From positions 1-64,000 of the IMG/VR virus record IMGVR_UViG_3300027899_000012: DNA of 64,000 bases; one strand, written 5' to 3'. The DNA is from a virus. Shown here piece by piece: positions 27,385 through 37,460 of the stretch. The position numbers were made by a program, and so were the translations under genes. The notes under the pieces are model-generated. The model saw only the letters and a program-made list of their open reading frames with translations, did no database searches and was not told the origin of the DNA. Position 1 is the stretch's first letter; every line of letters starts with the position of its first letter.

Positions 27385-29720
27385 CAGGTCGCGGGCGTCG
27401 CTGGGCCCATGAGCGCTTCGAGAAACTTCGGAAACACGCTCTTCGGGTTCTGAATCGCGATCTGCTGACATAGCCACACCTCTCCGTCTGTAAGGGGACG
27501 CTTCGCTGCGCGAGCGAGCATGGGTTCGATGAACTTCGAGACGCGCTCGGGAAGGCTTCCGGGCATCTTCCACCCATCGAGCGCAAGCTTCGCGGACACG
27601 CGCTGCAGTTCTGTGGCCTTCGGGTACTCTTTTCGGGTCCCCTCGGGTTGTGCGTCGAGCGCTCGATCGATGACGAATTGTTTCTGCAAAGCCGACGCGA
27701 TGACGAGAGCTTCGATGGATCCGTCCACGACCAGGTACTGGATGAGAACGGGAAATTGCTGCCCAATGCGATGGATTCGATCTTCCATCTGAAGCAGAAC
27801 CCACGGCAGCCAGTCGCCTTCTGCGAAGACCATCAGGTCGGCCGCCGTGAGCGTGATGCCAACTCCGGCCGCGTGCATGCCCGCGATGAAAACTCGGATC
27901 TTCGGGTCGGTCTGGAAGCGATCAACGACGGCCTGCCGGTCCTTGACGGGCGTCTCGCCGTACAGGGAAACAGCCATCGGCCCGAACGCTTCTTCCAGGG
28001 CGCGAATCACCGATTGATGGTGCGCTGCGATGACGACCTTTCGAGGGGAAGCTTCCAGCGCATCGCGCACGTGTTCGACAACGAGCGGGACCTTCGCCAG
28101 GGCCGTGGCTTGGCGTTCCTTGGCGATGGCTTTCGCGTCGATTCCCGACAGGTCGGTCTGAAGTCGAGTCAAGGCCTGCTCGAACGCGAAGGAATCTCCC
28201 ACGGCCTCGGCGAGCATCGCTTCGAGAACGGTATCGCTCATGGACGGCACGAGCTTGAGCCAGGCTTCGCGCTCGGCGTCGGCTGCGTCGCGGATCTTGT
28301 CGCCGGACAGGGGAAGGATCTGGCGCGTCTTTTCGGGAAGGTCCGCTAGCACGTCTTTCTTGAGTCGGCGGATCATCAGGACCGAACGGAGCCGCTCCTG
28401 AAGCTCGTCCAGGTTGGTGGCCCCGTCGAAGTTCATAACCTCGATCTGCTTGCCCCGGCCGCCCTTCACGTAGATTTTGTCGCGCGTGGGACCGCAGTAC
28501 CGGAACAGAAAGTCGCCTTCCTTGCGGAACACGTCGGGCGCGAGAACGCTGATCAACGCCCACAGGTTCCGGACGCGGTTCGGGATCGGGGTTCCGGTCA
28601 GGGCCAGGATTCGATTGGATCGCTGCGCGATTCCCAGGGCCGCTTCTCGCTTTCGGCCTCGTCGGACTCCGAGCACGCGTTCGGACGTTGACGCCTTGAG
28701 GTTCACGAACCGGTGGGCCTCGTCGAGGATCAAGAGGTCCCAGGTGGTGGCCATCAGGATCTGCCAGAGGTTTCCGGCGCGCTCGGCACCGGCGAGATTG
28801 TGCGATGTATCTCCGATGACATGCGTCCAGCCGAAGGGTTGATCCTGCAGGATCACCTGCCCGACGCCTCCCGGCGGGACCCGAACGATGATCGGCCCAG
28901 GATGGCTGGCGAACACAAGCTCCCCGGGCGAATAGCCCACGGAGTACAGGACGCCCTCGGGAAAATCGGGTTTCGGAACGTCGGGCCACGCAACCCACAA
29001 GATGCGCTGGCGCTGATCGAGCTTCACCAGCTTGGCGAGGCGCTTGCCTTCCCTGTCCGGTGCGATCTTCGCGGAAACGCTTTCCGCGGTACGTGCACGT
29101 GTCGAAATCAGCCGCTCGGCATTTGTCACGCACCACTCGCGACCCGGGGCCGGGTCGGGAACGTCCTGGCCTTCTTCGCAGAGAGTCACCCTGGGGTTGT
29201 GAGCGTCCCAGAGCATGATTTCCTTGCGCCAGTTGGCTTTGAGAGACGCCGGACAGATCACCAGGATCCGGGATGTCGCCGACATCGTGTTGGCAATCGC
29301 GATCGCCTCAATCGATTTCCCGATCCCCATCTCGTCGCCGATCAGGACTCCCTTGCGGGTCGCGGCGTAGGCCACCGCCGCCAGCTGATACGGCCGCAGG
29401 ACGCGTCCGGGGGGCAGGGGCACTCTCACCATCGCCGAATCGGCTCGGGACGCTTCCAGCTGCCCAGGCGTGCGAGCAACCAGGGCTTTCGCGGAGGGGC
29501 TCAACTCCAGGCCCGTCTTGGACGCAATAGTCGGGTCGCGGGTGAACCAGACGAACGACGGAAGGCCAGCTTCGCAGGCGGAGCATCTCGGGGGGCAGCG
29601 CTGATCGCCGGTGGACCAGTGGAAGACCATGCCGTCTTTCTTGAGCTTGGCGCGGAGGTCGGCGTCCGTGTACGGAACGAGCACGTAGAACAGGCTCGCC
29701 TTGGCTTCGATGACGCTCAT
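27384..29720 (-). CDS. SNF2-family helicase/ATPase
   Basis: LRPYQ, DEMGIGKS, ICPASL, DEAH, LTGTP, RRLK, GVGITL, QMEDRIHRIGQ. Confidence 0.95.
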   Translation of the reverse strand: MSVIEAKASLFYVLVPYTDADLRAKLKKDGMVFHWSTGDQRCPPRCSACEAGLPSFVWFTRDPTIASKTGLELSPSAKALVARTPGQLEASRADSAMVRVPLPPGRVLRPYQLAAVAYAATRKGVLIGDEMGIGKSIEAIAIANTMSATSRILVICPASLKANWRKEIMLWDAHNPRVTLCEEGQDVPDPAPGREWCVTNAERLISTRARTAESVSAKIAPDREGKRLAKLVKLDQRQRILWVAWPDVPKPDFPEGVLYSVGYSPGELVFASHPGPIIVRVPPGGVGQVILQDQPFGWTHVIGDTSHNLAGAERAGNLWQILMATTWDLLILDEAHRFVNLKASTSERVLGVRRGRKREAALGIAQRSNRILALTGTPIPNRVRNLWALISVLAPDVFRKEGDFLFRYCGPTRDKIYVKGGRGKQIEVMNFDGATNLDELQERLRSVLMIRRLKKDVLADLPEKTRQILPLSGDKIRDAADAEREAWLKLVPSMSDTVLEAMLAEAVGDSFAFEQALTRLQTDLSGIDAKAIAKERQATALAKVPLVVEHVRDALEASPRKVVIAAHHQSVIRALEEAFGPMAVSLYGETPVKDRQAVVDRFQTDPKIRVFIAGMHAAGVGITLTAADLMVFAEGDWLPWVLLQMEDRIHRIGQQFPVLIQYLVVDGSIEALVIASALQKQFVIDRALDAQPEGTRKEYPKATELQRVSAKLALDGWKMPGSLPERVSKFIEPMLARAAKRPLTDGEVWLCQQIAIQNPKSVFPKFLEALMGPATPAT

Positions 29721-30121
29721 TTTCGAGCCTTTTTCTTCGTTCCGACGCCAGTGCCCTGGCATTTGGGGCACATGTTGGCTGCGGTCATGAAAGTGACGGC
29801 GCGAAACGAAGGATGGTTTGGATTTCTCCCCGTTCCCTGGCAGTGTGCACAAGGGGGCCCCTTCTGCTTTCGCAGGTGCGGAGTGAGAGCAGGCGGCGGC
29901 CGCTGGTTCTTGTCGTACACGGGAGGGGCGACGGGCTCCGGCGGGATCTCCTTCACGTCAAAGTCTTCCAGCGCCAGGTGGTATTTCGCGCACGCCTTCT
30001 GCCGTGCGTCGAACCACGTCTCCGCTTCCACGATTCCGATCGTGTTGATGAGCGTCAGGGGGCGGCCGTCTTGGGTTTTCGCGCTGGCAAACCTCTGAAA
30101 AACCTTGTACTTGCGAATCAT
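29717..30121 (-). CDS. Protein with DnaJ-type CxxCxGxG zinc finger
   Basis: CAHCQGTG and CPKCQGTG; ATGA overlaps at both ends. Confidence 0.75.
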   Translation of the reverse strand: MIRKYKVFQRFASAKTQDGRPLTLINTIGIVEAETWFDARQKACAKYHLALEDFDVKEIPPEPVAPPVYDKNQRPPPALTPHLRKQKGPPCAHCQGTGRNPNHPSFRAVTFMTAANMCPKCQGTGVGTKKKARK

Positions 30122-30939
30122 TCCGGGCCTCCCACGGTTGCGGCGTTGTCGTACGATGGCATCCACTCGCGAGCGTTCGTCCAGAGCGACTTCTCGCCCT
30201 TGGCTGCGAATTTTCGCCAGGCGCGCATGGCCTCGAACGGCAGCAGAATTCCCGTGTGCGCTTTCTGGCAGACATCCTCGCCACGAAGCAGCCAGTCTGA
30301 CAGCGTGTGCGGATCGAGCGCGAATCGACTCCCGGCCATGTGCAGGTCGAGGTTGCCTCGAAGTAAACCGAACCCGTCGATCGCGCACATGAGCGCGAAT
30401 CCGAACATTCCCGCCGCCGCGCGAGGGGGCATCACGTTCAAGGCGATCGCTTCGGGATCGCCGAAGTTGCGCTTGCAGACCCCCGCGGCGGGGCTGAAAA
30501 CCGAGCGGCAGGCGATCGGCCGGACTGCGTACGCGGCGCAGGATCTCTTGTGCGTGGGTTGATCTTCAGGACCGATCAACGCAGCGCACGGGATCTTCTT
30601 GGCGCAGTACGAGGTCAGGTCCCCCTTGCTGATCCGGTTGGCCGTTTCGCACACGTCGAGCGCGACTTTCGCCCCCTGCTTTCGCATCCAGATTCCCCAC
30701 AACGCCGCCTCGGGCACCGTCACCCCCACCTGCTGGTGGCAGCAGTAGGCGCAACCCGGACCGCACTCGGGCTTGGCGTTGTCGGGCAGGTCCGAGATCA
30801 GGCGGTTGGTGAGGGTTGTGAGGTTCGCGTAGGATTCGGCCTGCGCAGCGAGAACGCGCCGGGGTTCCTTGCTGGCGATGGCCCGCTGCATCCGGGAGTA
30901 CTCGCGAAGGGCCAGGGCGGTGATATCGCGGCCGTTCAT
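30118..30939 (-). CDS. YkgJ-family cysteine-cluster protein
   Basis: CGPGCAYCC...CAAL...CAAYAVRPIACR. Confidence 0.88.
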   Translation of the reverse strand: MNGRDITALALREYSRMQRAIASKEPRRVLAAQAESYANLTTLTNRLISDLPDNAKPECGPGCAYCCHQQVGVTVPEAALWGIWMRKQGAKVALDVCETANRISKGDLTSYCAKKIPCAALIGPEDQPTHKRSCAAYAVRPIACRSVFSPAAGVCKRNFGDPEAIALNVMPPRAAAGMFGFALMCAIDGFGLLRGNLDLHMAGSRFALDPHTLSDWLLRGEDVCQKAHTGILLPFEAMRAWRKFAAKGEKSLWTNAREWMPSYDNAATVGGPE

Positions 30940-31508
30940 TTCTTGCCCCTCTTCACGCTCGGGTTTTCCATGACGGCCACGATTTTGTCCAGGCGAACGC
31001 TCACGTTCCTTCCCACTTCTTCCGCCTCGTACCCCCGGACATCATGCAGGATCACCCAGTCGCCGCCGTCGATCGCGCACGACGCGAAGTCAAAGGCTCC
31101 CGTGCTCACAATAGCGCGCCATCCCCTCGGCACCGCGGGTCCTTCGCACGCTGCCAGAAGCTCGACGGGGTAGATGTTCATGCACCGGTCGCAGTGTCCA
31201 ATGCGCTTAGGGGGCATCTTAGCCCAACAGATAGTGCACTCCCCGGGACCGGCGAGCACTCGGGTAAGATTACCCGGGTTGCCGACTTGCTGCTCAACGG
31301 GCTTGGGGTCTAGGTAAACCTGCACCCACATGCCATCGGTAGGCAGCTTGGTGCGATCTTTCTGGGCGACGGTGTAGGTGGTTGCGTAGCCGCGCGCCAT
31401 CCACGTCTCCGCGGATTTGCTCCAGTACTCGTACGAGCCGGACTTGTCGGCGGCGCTCCCCCCCTTGCGAATGACCCACACGAGCTTGCTTGTTTGCTTG
31501 TTGCTCAC
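30936..31508 (-). CDS. Hypothetical protein
   Basis: Coupled ORF; two CxxC. Confidence 0.65.
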   Translation of the reverse strand: MSNKQTSKLVWVIRKGGSAADKSGSYEYWSKSAETWMARGYATTYTVAQKDRTKLPTDGMWVQVYLDPKPVEQQVGNPGNLTRVLAGPGECTICWAKMPPKRIGHCDRCMNIYPVELLAACEGPAVPRGWRAIVSTGAFDFASCAIDGGDWVILHDVRGYEAEEVGRNVSVRLDKIVAVMENPSVKRGKK

Positions 31509-31723
31509 GACATGCCTCCCAGTTCCCACAGTCGTTCCAGCGCCTTTTCAAACCCGTGCTCGTGAAAGTACGCGAGCGCTTCCGCTTGGGCCTCGCAGGA
31601 CACGACCCGGTTGTGGGGCTCGCGCTTGTTGTGGATTGCCAGGGCGAGGTCGAGCACCAGGCGTTCGTCCACGCTGGGTTGCTCAACCATCCAGAGCTGC
31701 ATCTGCCGGGCCTTGTCGGTCAT
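31505..31723 (-). CDS. Hypothetical protein
   Basis: Coupled ORF with SD and leader hairpin. Confidence 0.65.
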   Translation of the reverse strand: MTDKARQMQLWMVEQPSVDERLVLDLALAIHNKREPHNRVVSCEAQAEALAYFHEHGFEKALERLWELGGMS

Positions 31724-31920
31724 CGTGCGCTTCCCTTCTCAAGCGCCACGCGCTCGCGTTCGGAGGTTCGGATCGCGCTGCGAAGCTCGCGAAGGGCTCG
31801 CTGGCGGTTTCGCTCCCACCTCGGGTTGGCGTTCGGGCCCTCGGCCTCGATCTTGTCCACCTCGCTTCGCAGCCAGGCGAGCCCGCGATCGACCGCCTCT
31901 ACGTTGAGCGCAAGGGCCAT
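31720..31920 (-). CDS. Small coiled-coil protein
   Basis: SD AAGGAGG; MALALNVEAVD... Confidence 0.6.
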   Translation of the reverse strand: MALALNVEAVDRGLAWLRSEVDKIEAEGPNANPRWERNRQRALRELRSAIRTSERERVALEKGSAR

Positions 31921-31922
31921 GG

Positions 31923-32300
31923 CTACGCGCCCTCCTTGGCGTTCACCCAGACGAGCGTTCCGCCCCTGGGAAGCTTCTGGGGCATGTCCTCGACGCGAAG
32001 GCCCATGGCCTCGGCGATCTTGGGCAACCACTCGATCCACATCGCGTTGGTGACGCGCCCTTCGCCCGGATCCCCGTACCCGCGATTCAAGTCTTTGTGC
32101 CCGTTGTAAGACTCGCTGGTGGCGAGCATCCACTTGGGGCCGTAGTAGGACGAGCATCCCACGCCCGACCATCCGGTGTGCCCCTTGGTCTTGCACACGC
32201 ACACGCCGCCCTTGCGAATCATCACGTCCCTGTCGGTTCCCCAATCCACGCCGCAGGAATGCCGGGGCAGGATCTCACGGTCTTTTTTCGTCCACGCCAT
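31923..32300 (-). CDS. Hypothetical protein
   Basis: TGATG coupling; MAWTKK... Confidence 0.65.
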   Translation of the reverse strand: MAWTKKDREILPRHSCGVDWGTDRDVMIRKGGVCVCKTKGHTGWSGVGCSSYYGPKWMLATSESYNGHKDLNRGYGDPGEGRVTNAMWIEWLPKIAEAMGLRVEDMPQKLPRGGTLVWVNAKEGA

Positions 32301-32605
32301 CACATGCCTTCCAATTCTGCGAACGCCATGTCGCTGTAACCGGCCCACTCTTCCTCGCTCACCTCGCAGCGCTCGCGCGCCAGCTTGTCGAACTCGCGCT
32401 GTTGCTTCGCGCTAGTCGGTCGGCGGACGGGAACGCGCACCTCCGCTCCGCACGTGTCGCACCAGCACGTTGCCCAGTCTCCGTGCAGAAAGCACACGTT
32501 CTGCTTGCCTCCGCACCCGGGCTCCAGGCACGTGCCCACGGTTTCGCCCTTGATGCCCAGGGCGAACAGGGTTGCGGATGGCAGGCTGCGAACGACCGCG
32601 CTCAA
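32300..32605 (-). CDS. Small zinc-ribbon protein
   Basis: CLEPGC...CDTC; start codon uncertain. Confidence 0.55.
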   Translation of the reverse strand: MSAVVRSLPSATLFALGIKGETVGTCLEPGCGGKQNVCFLHGDWATCWCDTCGAEVRVPVRRPTSAKQQREFDKLARERCEVSEEEWAGYSDMAFAELEGM

Positions 32606-33234
32606 GTTGCGCCTCCCTTCCCACCGGTGGGTAGGAGCATCGCGCAAATGTACAGGTATCCGTAGGATGCGTTCGGGTTGGCGATCAGGCGCAACCCGGG
32701 GCGCTCGATCACGACAAGCCTACGCTCGTCCGGTCGAAGCCCAAGCTCCTTGATGCGCTTGCGCAGGATGGGAAGGCCCGTGTCGTTGCACCACTGGCAC
32801 AGCTTGTGAAGCTCGGCCTTGGGGCCAGCGTTCGCTTGCCTGTCGTGCAGGATGTCAATCATCAGCCCGCCCCGGAAATCATCCTGCAGGATCGCTCGCG
32901 CTCCCCATGCCGCGACGCAGGGAACGTCCGGTTGCAGGCCCCAGGCGAGGCGTTCGATAGGCTCGGGAGCGGGCGCGGTATCGTTGCTCGGCTCGGGGCC
33001 GTTCTGATCGTCCTGCAGGTCCACCTGCGAGCACAACCACTGCCAGTACTCGGGGGTGGGCTCGCCTCCTGCCCGCACACGGATCGCGCACTCGGGCACG
33101 CCTTCCATGCACGGTTCGATAGCGCTCAGGCAAGTGTTTTCGTACTCGACAGCGCTTTCCACGTTCGAGAACCGACCCAGGTAATCCTCACGCGTTGAAT
33201 CGCTCACAGTGGCCTGCCTTTCCGTGCCGCTCAT
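32602..33234 (-). CDS. Hypothetical phage protein
   Basis: ATGA coupling; AWGARAI and NASYGYLY motifs. Confidence 0.7.
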   Translation of the reverse strand: MSGTERQATVSDSTREDYLGRFSNVESAVEYENTCLSAIEPCMEGVPECAIRVRAGGEPTPEYWQWLCSQVDLQDDQNGPEPSNDTAPAPEPIERLAWGLQPDVPCVAAWGARAILQDDFRGGLMIDILHDRQANAGPKAELHKLCQWCNDTGLPILRKRIKELGLRPDERRLVVIERPGLRLIANPNASYGYLYICAMLLPTGGKGGAT

Positions 33235-33665
33235 TTGCTGTCGTCCTCGTCCGTGCGGTTGCGTTCGGCCTCGTACGCAGCCAGGAACACCTCGTAGGTG
33301 ATGGTTCCCTCCCGCACCAGCCGGTCGAGGATGTTTGCGGCCCATCCCTGGCGCTCTCCAATCTCGCGATCGAGGAACATGCGCGGGGTCTCCTGCACAG
33401 GCTCCATCGCGTGTACGAGCGAAGCCCACTCCTCCCTGTCGATGCGAGCGTCCATGTACGACCAGCTTCCTGTCCAGGCTGACAGGTAGGTGATGTGCTT
33501 GCCGTTCGCATCCTTGTCCACGAACCGATCCCGGACGCGCACGATCGTGCCCTTGCTCACGACCGGGCATTTGCGCCAGTCGCGCTTCATTCGACGGTCG
33601 GGTTCAGGCGTGTGCACGTCGCACGTCAGCACGTATGTCCCAGGCTTCACGTCCGCGAGTCTCAT
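33231..33665 (-). CDS. Hypothetical protein
   Basis: SD GGAAGGG plus leader hairpin. Confidence 0.7.
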   Translation of the reverse strand: MRLADVKPGTYVLTCDVHTPEPDRRMKRDWRKCPVVSKGTIVRVRDRFVDKDANGKHITYLSAWTGSWSYMDARIDREEWASLVHAMEPVQETPRMFLDREIGERQGWAANILDRLVREGTITYEVFLAAYEAERNRTDEDDSK

Positions 33666-33701
33666 GTCGGTCTGTCCCTTCCCGCACGCCACGCGTGCGA
33701 T

Positions 33702-33998
33702 TTACGGTCGTACGATCAGAAGCGCGCTCGCTCCCCGCTCGAATTCCATGTGCTCGGCTACACCCGAACGCGCATCCTTCGTTCGGAGCACGCATCCCTG
33801 GCGCATGGGGCATCCTTCGGGCCGATCCGCGTCGGCGTACTCGTCGCTCACAAGGAACGCGACGGCCGGGCTGAAGTAGTCGGTCAGTCGGTCGCCCTGC
33901 TCGGCTTCGAGCACCTTGATCTGCTCCCACAGCCGATCATTCACCAGGGCGAGCGTGTACTCGCCGTGTCCATGGTCCACCAGTACGATTGCGCTCAT
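33702..33998 (-). CDS. Hypothetical protein
   Basis: ATGA coupling; MSAIVLV... Confidence 0.6.
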   Translation of the reverse strand: MSAIVLVDHGHGEYTLALVNDRLWEQIKVLEAEQGDRLTDYFSPAVAFLVSDEYADADRPEGCPMRQGCVLRTKDARSGVAEHMEFERGASALLIVRP

Positions 33999-34516
33999 AC
34001 GTCCCCCAGCTTCGCCACGTACAGCATCCGATCGATCAGGTTCTGCACGTCCGCGCTCGTGAACGTGGAGCCCTCGTCCTGGCTCGCGATGATGCGTGCG
34101 ACGCGAGCGAGCACGATCGCTTGCTGCATTTCGCGCCCGATGAAACGCCAGCCCTGGCTGGAGCCCACGCTTACCGAAATGCACTGGTCCACGAACATCC
34201 GGATCTGCCGGGTGGTGAACCGCGCTCGCTTCTTGGTGGGCTCGCCCTGCCCGGGAATCACGCTTCCGTCAGGGAGCGTGAAAGGCTCGCGAAGCGCGGC
34301 CTGTACAAGCTCCGTGTTGCACCAAATGGGCGTCAGGTTCGGGAACGCGATCGGCTCCTTGCACTGCGGGCATCGCGTCTTGCCCGGTGGGGCGTACAGC
34401 CCATCGTTGTGATCGTGTCCGCTCTGGTTGACCAGCCGCGTGTTGCAATGCGGGCACGTGACTGCGACCGCCGAGACGTGCATGTTCACGGGCCTGTAGT
34501 GAATGGGCTTGCTCAC
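33995..34516 (-). CDS. Zinc-ribbon hypothetical protein
   Basis: CPHC...CPQC; coupled. Confidence 0.65.
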   Translation of the reverse strand: MSKPIHYRPVNMHVSAVAVTCPHCNTRLVNQSGHDHNDGLYAPPGKTRCPQCKEPIAFPNLTPIWCNTELVQAALREPFTLPDGSVIPGQGEPTKKRARFTTRQIRMFVDQCISVSVGSSQGWRFIGREMQQAIVLARVARIIASQDEGSTFTSADVQNLIDRMLYVAKLGDV

Positions 34517-34980
34517 AGCACAATCCCCTGTCCGCCGCAGTTCGGGCACTCGGGGTTCACTTCGATCCAGCCCGTCTCCGTGTTCGGCTCACCGCACCCT
34601 TCGCACCCGTGCGTCTCGTTCCAGGCGTTCTGCCCGTCTGCGTCCGCGTAGGCCACGCACTTGTCCCACGTCTCGGTCGCACACGGGAACGTGATCCCGT
34701 GCGGAGGAAACAAGCTGTCCGTGCCCTCGCAGTACCCCTGCACGATCACCTGAAACACGCCCTCGCCCTGGGAGTTGGGAATGAACGCGACCGAACAGCC
34801 GCACGACGTGGCCTTGTAGACCCGGTTGCGAATGCGCGAGATGACAGCCGCCGCTTCGTCGCCCTGGCGCACGTCGGCACCAACGTGTTCCGCGAGGTCA
34901 TGCAGCCCGCCGATGATCCCTTCGGCCAGCCTGCGGGTTCCGAACGCGCTACCGAACGTGTCCGCTTTGTGCGTGCTCAT
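34513..34980 (-). CDS. Hypothetical phage protein
   Basis: RVYKATSCG; C-terminal CPNCGGQG. Confidence 0.7.
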   Translation of the reverse strand: MSTHKADTFGSAFGTRRLAEGIIGGLHDLAEHVGADVRQGDEAAAVISRIRNRVYKATSCGCSVAFIPNSQGEGVFQVIVQGYCEGTDSLFPPHGITFPCATETWDKCVAYADADGQNAWNETHGCEGCGEPNTETGWIEVNPECPNCGGQGIVL

Positions 34981-35783
34981 GATCTGCTCCCCAACAGGCC
35001 CCGCGCCAGTCCACGCGGGAAGCTGTCATAGTCGCCGTACGCCTTGTTTTCCTTGAGCGCAGCCTCGACGGGCTCTCGCACCTCCGCGGGCAACTCGTCG
35101 CCGTCGTGGTTCTTCCAGCCTGCGTCCTGCAGGTACTTGAGCAACGCTTCGCACTTGGTGTTGCGAAGGGAGCGCTCTTCCTCGGCGAGCGCCTTTTCCA
35201 GCGGCTCTAGCTGCGCTTTGATGGCGCTGATCGCGTCGTGGAAGGGAGCGATGTTCGCGTGCTCCACGAACCACTCTGTGGCTACTCCGCGCAGCAGCAA
35301 GCGCTTCTGCTCCTCTACGAACCTGTACTGGTGTTGGCTCACAAGCTCTTGGATCTCGTAGTTCGCTTGCTTCACGACCGCGGCCATAAGCTCGCCTTGC
35401 TCGATGCGCTTGCGAAGCTCGGCGGCAGCGTTCGCCCGGCGCGCAGCCTTCTTGGCCTCGGTCGCGCACCCCCGGTAGTCGAATTGGTCCGTGAGCGTAG
35501 TGGCCCAGAAAGCGCGCTTCTGCAAGCCGTTGAATGGGACCGTGGGCATGACGTTCGCCGCGTCGATCTGCGCGTACACTTCATCGTGCAGCACGCCGCG
35601 TTGCTTGCCCCACACGGATGTGCCCCCCTGCGTGGCCTCGTGGAATTCCACCTCGCCAAAGACGAAGTCTTCGGGCACCAGCTTGCGCACCAGGACCACG
35701 TACCGGTCCTCGGGAGCGAAATCCTTGCGCCCGATGGGGGCGATGGTGCGAACGACGGGACCGATCGATTCCAATGTGCTCAT
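34977..35783 (-). CDS. Coiled-coil hypothetical protein
   Basis: 268 aa; SD AGGAAGG plus leader hairpin. Confidence 0.75.
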   Translation of the reverse strand: MSTLESIGPVVRTIAPIGRKDFAPEDRYVVLVRKLVPEDFVFGEVEFHEATQGGTSVWGKQRGVLHDEVYAQIDAANVMPTVPFNGLQKRAFWATTLTDQFDYRGCATEAKKAARRANAAAELRKRIEQGELMAAVVKQANYEIQELVSQHQYRFVEEQKRLLLRGVATEWFVEHANIAPFHDAISAIKAQLEPLEKALAEEERSLRNTKCEALLKYLQDAGWKNHDGDELPAEVREPVEAALKENKAYGDYDSFPRGLARGLLGSRS

Positions 35784-35840
35784 GATCCTGAACCTTCCTG
35801 CCCGCCACGCGGGCTTATGTGCTGCTCGCTTTGTGGGCCG

Positions 35841-36596
35841 CTAGGTCGGCGGCAACGCGCGCCCCTCCCCGGCCTTCGCGATCTTGCACGCTCCGCACTC
35901 GCAGCCTTCGGGGTCGCACAGGTCATGGCCGCAGTCCGTGCAAAGGGTGTTGGTGTAGGGTTGTACGAGATTGCAACACGCGCACGTTTGAATGCTCGGC
36001 TCGGTGATGCTCACCGGCTTTCGCTCGCGCGAAATCCACACGTGAGCACACTCACCGTTGCTGCACACCAAGTCTCTGCTTTGCCCCTTGTAGCAAGCGG
36101 TGCCCTTGAAGCAAATCGGACACGGAAACCCGGGTATTGCTTCGCGAACGTCGTCTGACCAGCCTCCGCTGTCTGCCCAACCTACGCTCTTTTCGTCCAC
36201 GCAGAACGCTCCCCATTGCTTGCACAACGCGCACTGCACCTCGCATCCCAGATCCGTGGACGAGCACGACCGGACCGTTGCGTAGTCGGGCTCGTGCCTG
36301 CAGCGCGATTTTTCCAGGCGCCGGCAGGTTGAGCAGTCGCAATCCGCCGGATCGCCCAGTTCCACGCGAGCGGGCAGCGCCTCCAATCCTTCCAGCATGG
36401 CTCGCTCGATTACCGTGGGCCAGTCGTTCTCGCTTTCGCTGTCGAGCAACTCGATCAACGCCTCGACGGTCCTGCATTCGAGCAATGCTTTCCGTGCTCG
36501 TTCCGCAAGCTCAGCACGAGGCGTCGTCGAGCGTGCGTGCATCACAACCGTGTAGGGAACGTGGAGTACGGCCATGCCGTGGGCATTGAATCGCAT
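35841..36596 (-). CDS. Cys-rich hypothetical protein
   Basis: Multiple CxxC; SD GGAAGG. Confidence 0.65.
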   Translation of the reverse strand: MRFNAHGMAVLHVPYTVVMHARSTTPRAELAERARKALLECRTVEALIELLDSESENDWPTVIERAMLEGLEALPARVELGDPADCDCSTCRRLEKSRCRHEPDYATVRSCSSTDLGCEVQCALCKQWGAFCVDEKSVGWADSGGWSDDVREAIPGFPCPICFKGTACYKGQSRDLVCSNGECAHVWISRERKPVSITEPSIQTCACCNLVQPYTNTLCTDCGHDLCDPEGCECGACKIAKAGEGRALPPT

Positions 36597-36997
36597 CACG
36601 CACCTTCCTTCGGAACGATCGACAGCGAGTCGATCACGCATTCCACAACCTGTTGTGCCCATGAGCCGTGCCCACGCTTCACGTCCATCTTGCAGACGCG
36701 ATCCGGGATCGCTCCCCTTCCCCAATGCCGATCCCACACGATCTCTACGATGTACTGGCGCACCGGCGTCCAACCTGCCCTTGCAGCGCGGTCCAGGGCG
36801 ATGTCCAGCGTCGGACCGTACCCGAAGGCGCCGCCTCCTTCCTTGCCGCAAGCGATGCTCACCTTCCACTTGGGTTGCGGAATGGGCTCGTTCTCGGGAT
36901 AGTCGGGAGCGCCCTCCCGGAGCTTGGCCAGGGTCATGGCCGGAAGCGGGGGAACGTCAGAGAGGCGAGATAGTTCGTGAGCCTTCAGGGCAATCAT
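36596..36997 (-). CDS. Hypothetical protein
   Basis: Leader hairpin plus AGAAAGC points to ATG of MIALKAH. Confidence 0.65.
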   Translation of the reverse strand: MIALKAHELSRLSDVPPLPAMTLAKLREGAPDYPENEPIPQPKWKVSIACGKEGGGAFGYGPTLDIALDRAARAGWTPVRQYIVEIVWDRHWGRGAIPDRVCKMDVKRGHGSWAQQVVECVIDSLSIVPKEGA

Positions 36998-37103
36998 CGT
37001 TGCAGTCGCTTTCTGCACGCCACGCGTGCGTTCCGTCACTGGCAGCGCTCGCCGGTTTAACCCGACCAGCGCACGTGCAGGTTAACCGCTGCACCGGGAT
37101 CGA

Positions 37104-37409
37104 TCACTCGATGACTTGATCCTCCAGCGGGGCGAGATCGTCGGGCAAGTCCTCATCCTGGGAGAGCAACCACCGCGCAGCTTCTTGCGGTGATACCCAC
37201 TCCGCATGCGGCAGGGTGCCTTGCCACTGGCTCGTGCACTCCAGCCAGTATCGACCCTTTCGCGACCGGTGAAGCTTCTGGTGCGTGAACTGGCTACCCG
37301 TGGCACGGCTCACGTGGTTGTTGCCGTTCCAACGTGTGCCTTCAGTCCAGGACTGCGTTGCATTCGCAGTGTCCACAACCGTCCCATCTTCCATTCGGTA
37401 TCTGCTCAT
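37104..37409 (-). CDS. Conserved phage hypothetical protein
   Basis: SD AGGAGG; HQKLHRSRKGRYW...EAARWL pattern. Confidence 0.8.
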   Translation of the reverse strand: MSRYRMEDGTVVDTANATQSWTEGTRWNGNNHVSRATGSQFTHQKLHRSRKGRYWLECTSQWQGTLPHAEWVSPQEAARWLLSQDEDLPDDLAPLEDQVIE

Positions 37410-37460
37410 CGGTAAACCTCCTGCGCACGTGGCGCATTTGTGTTTTCGTTGACGGGCAAT

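Noticed and set aside
26617-27804. ORF-track start at 27804 and similar upstream starts (29852, 33570, 42613, 63632)
   Set aside because: They overlap neighbouring genes extensively; coupled or SD-supported downstream starts fit better.
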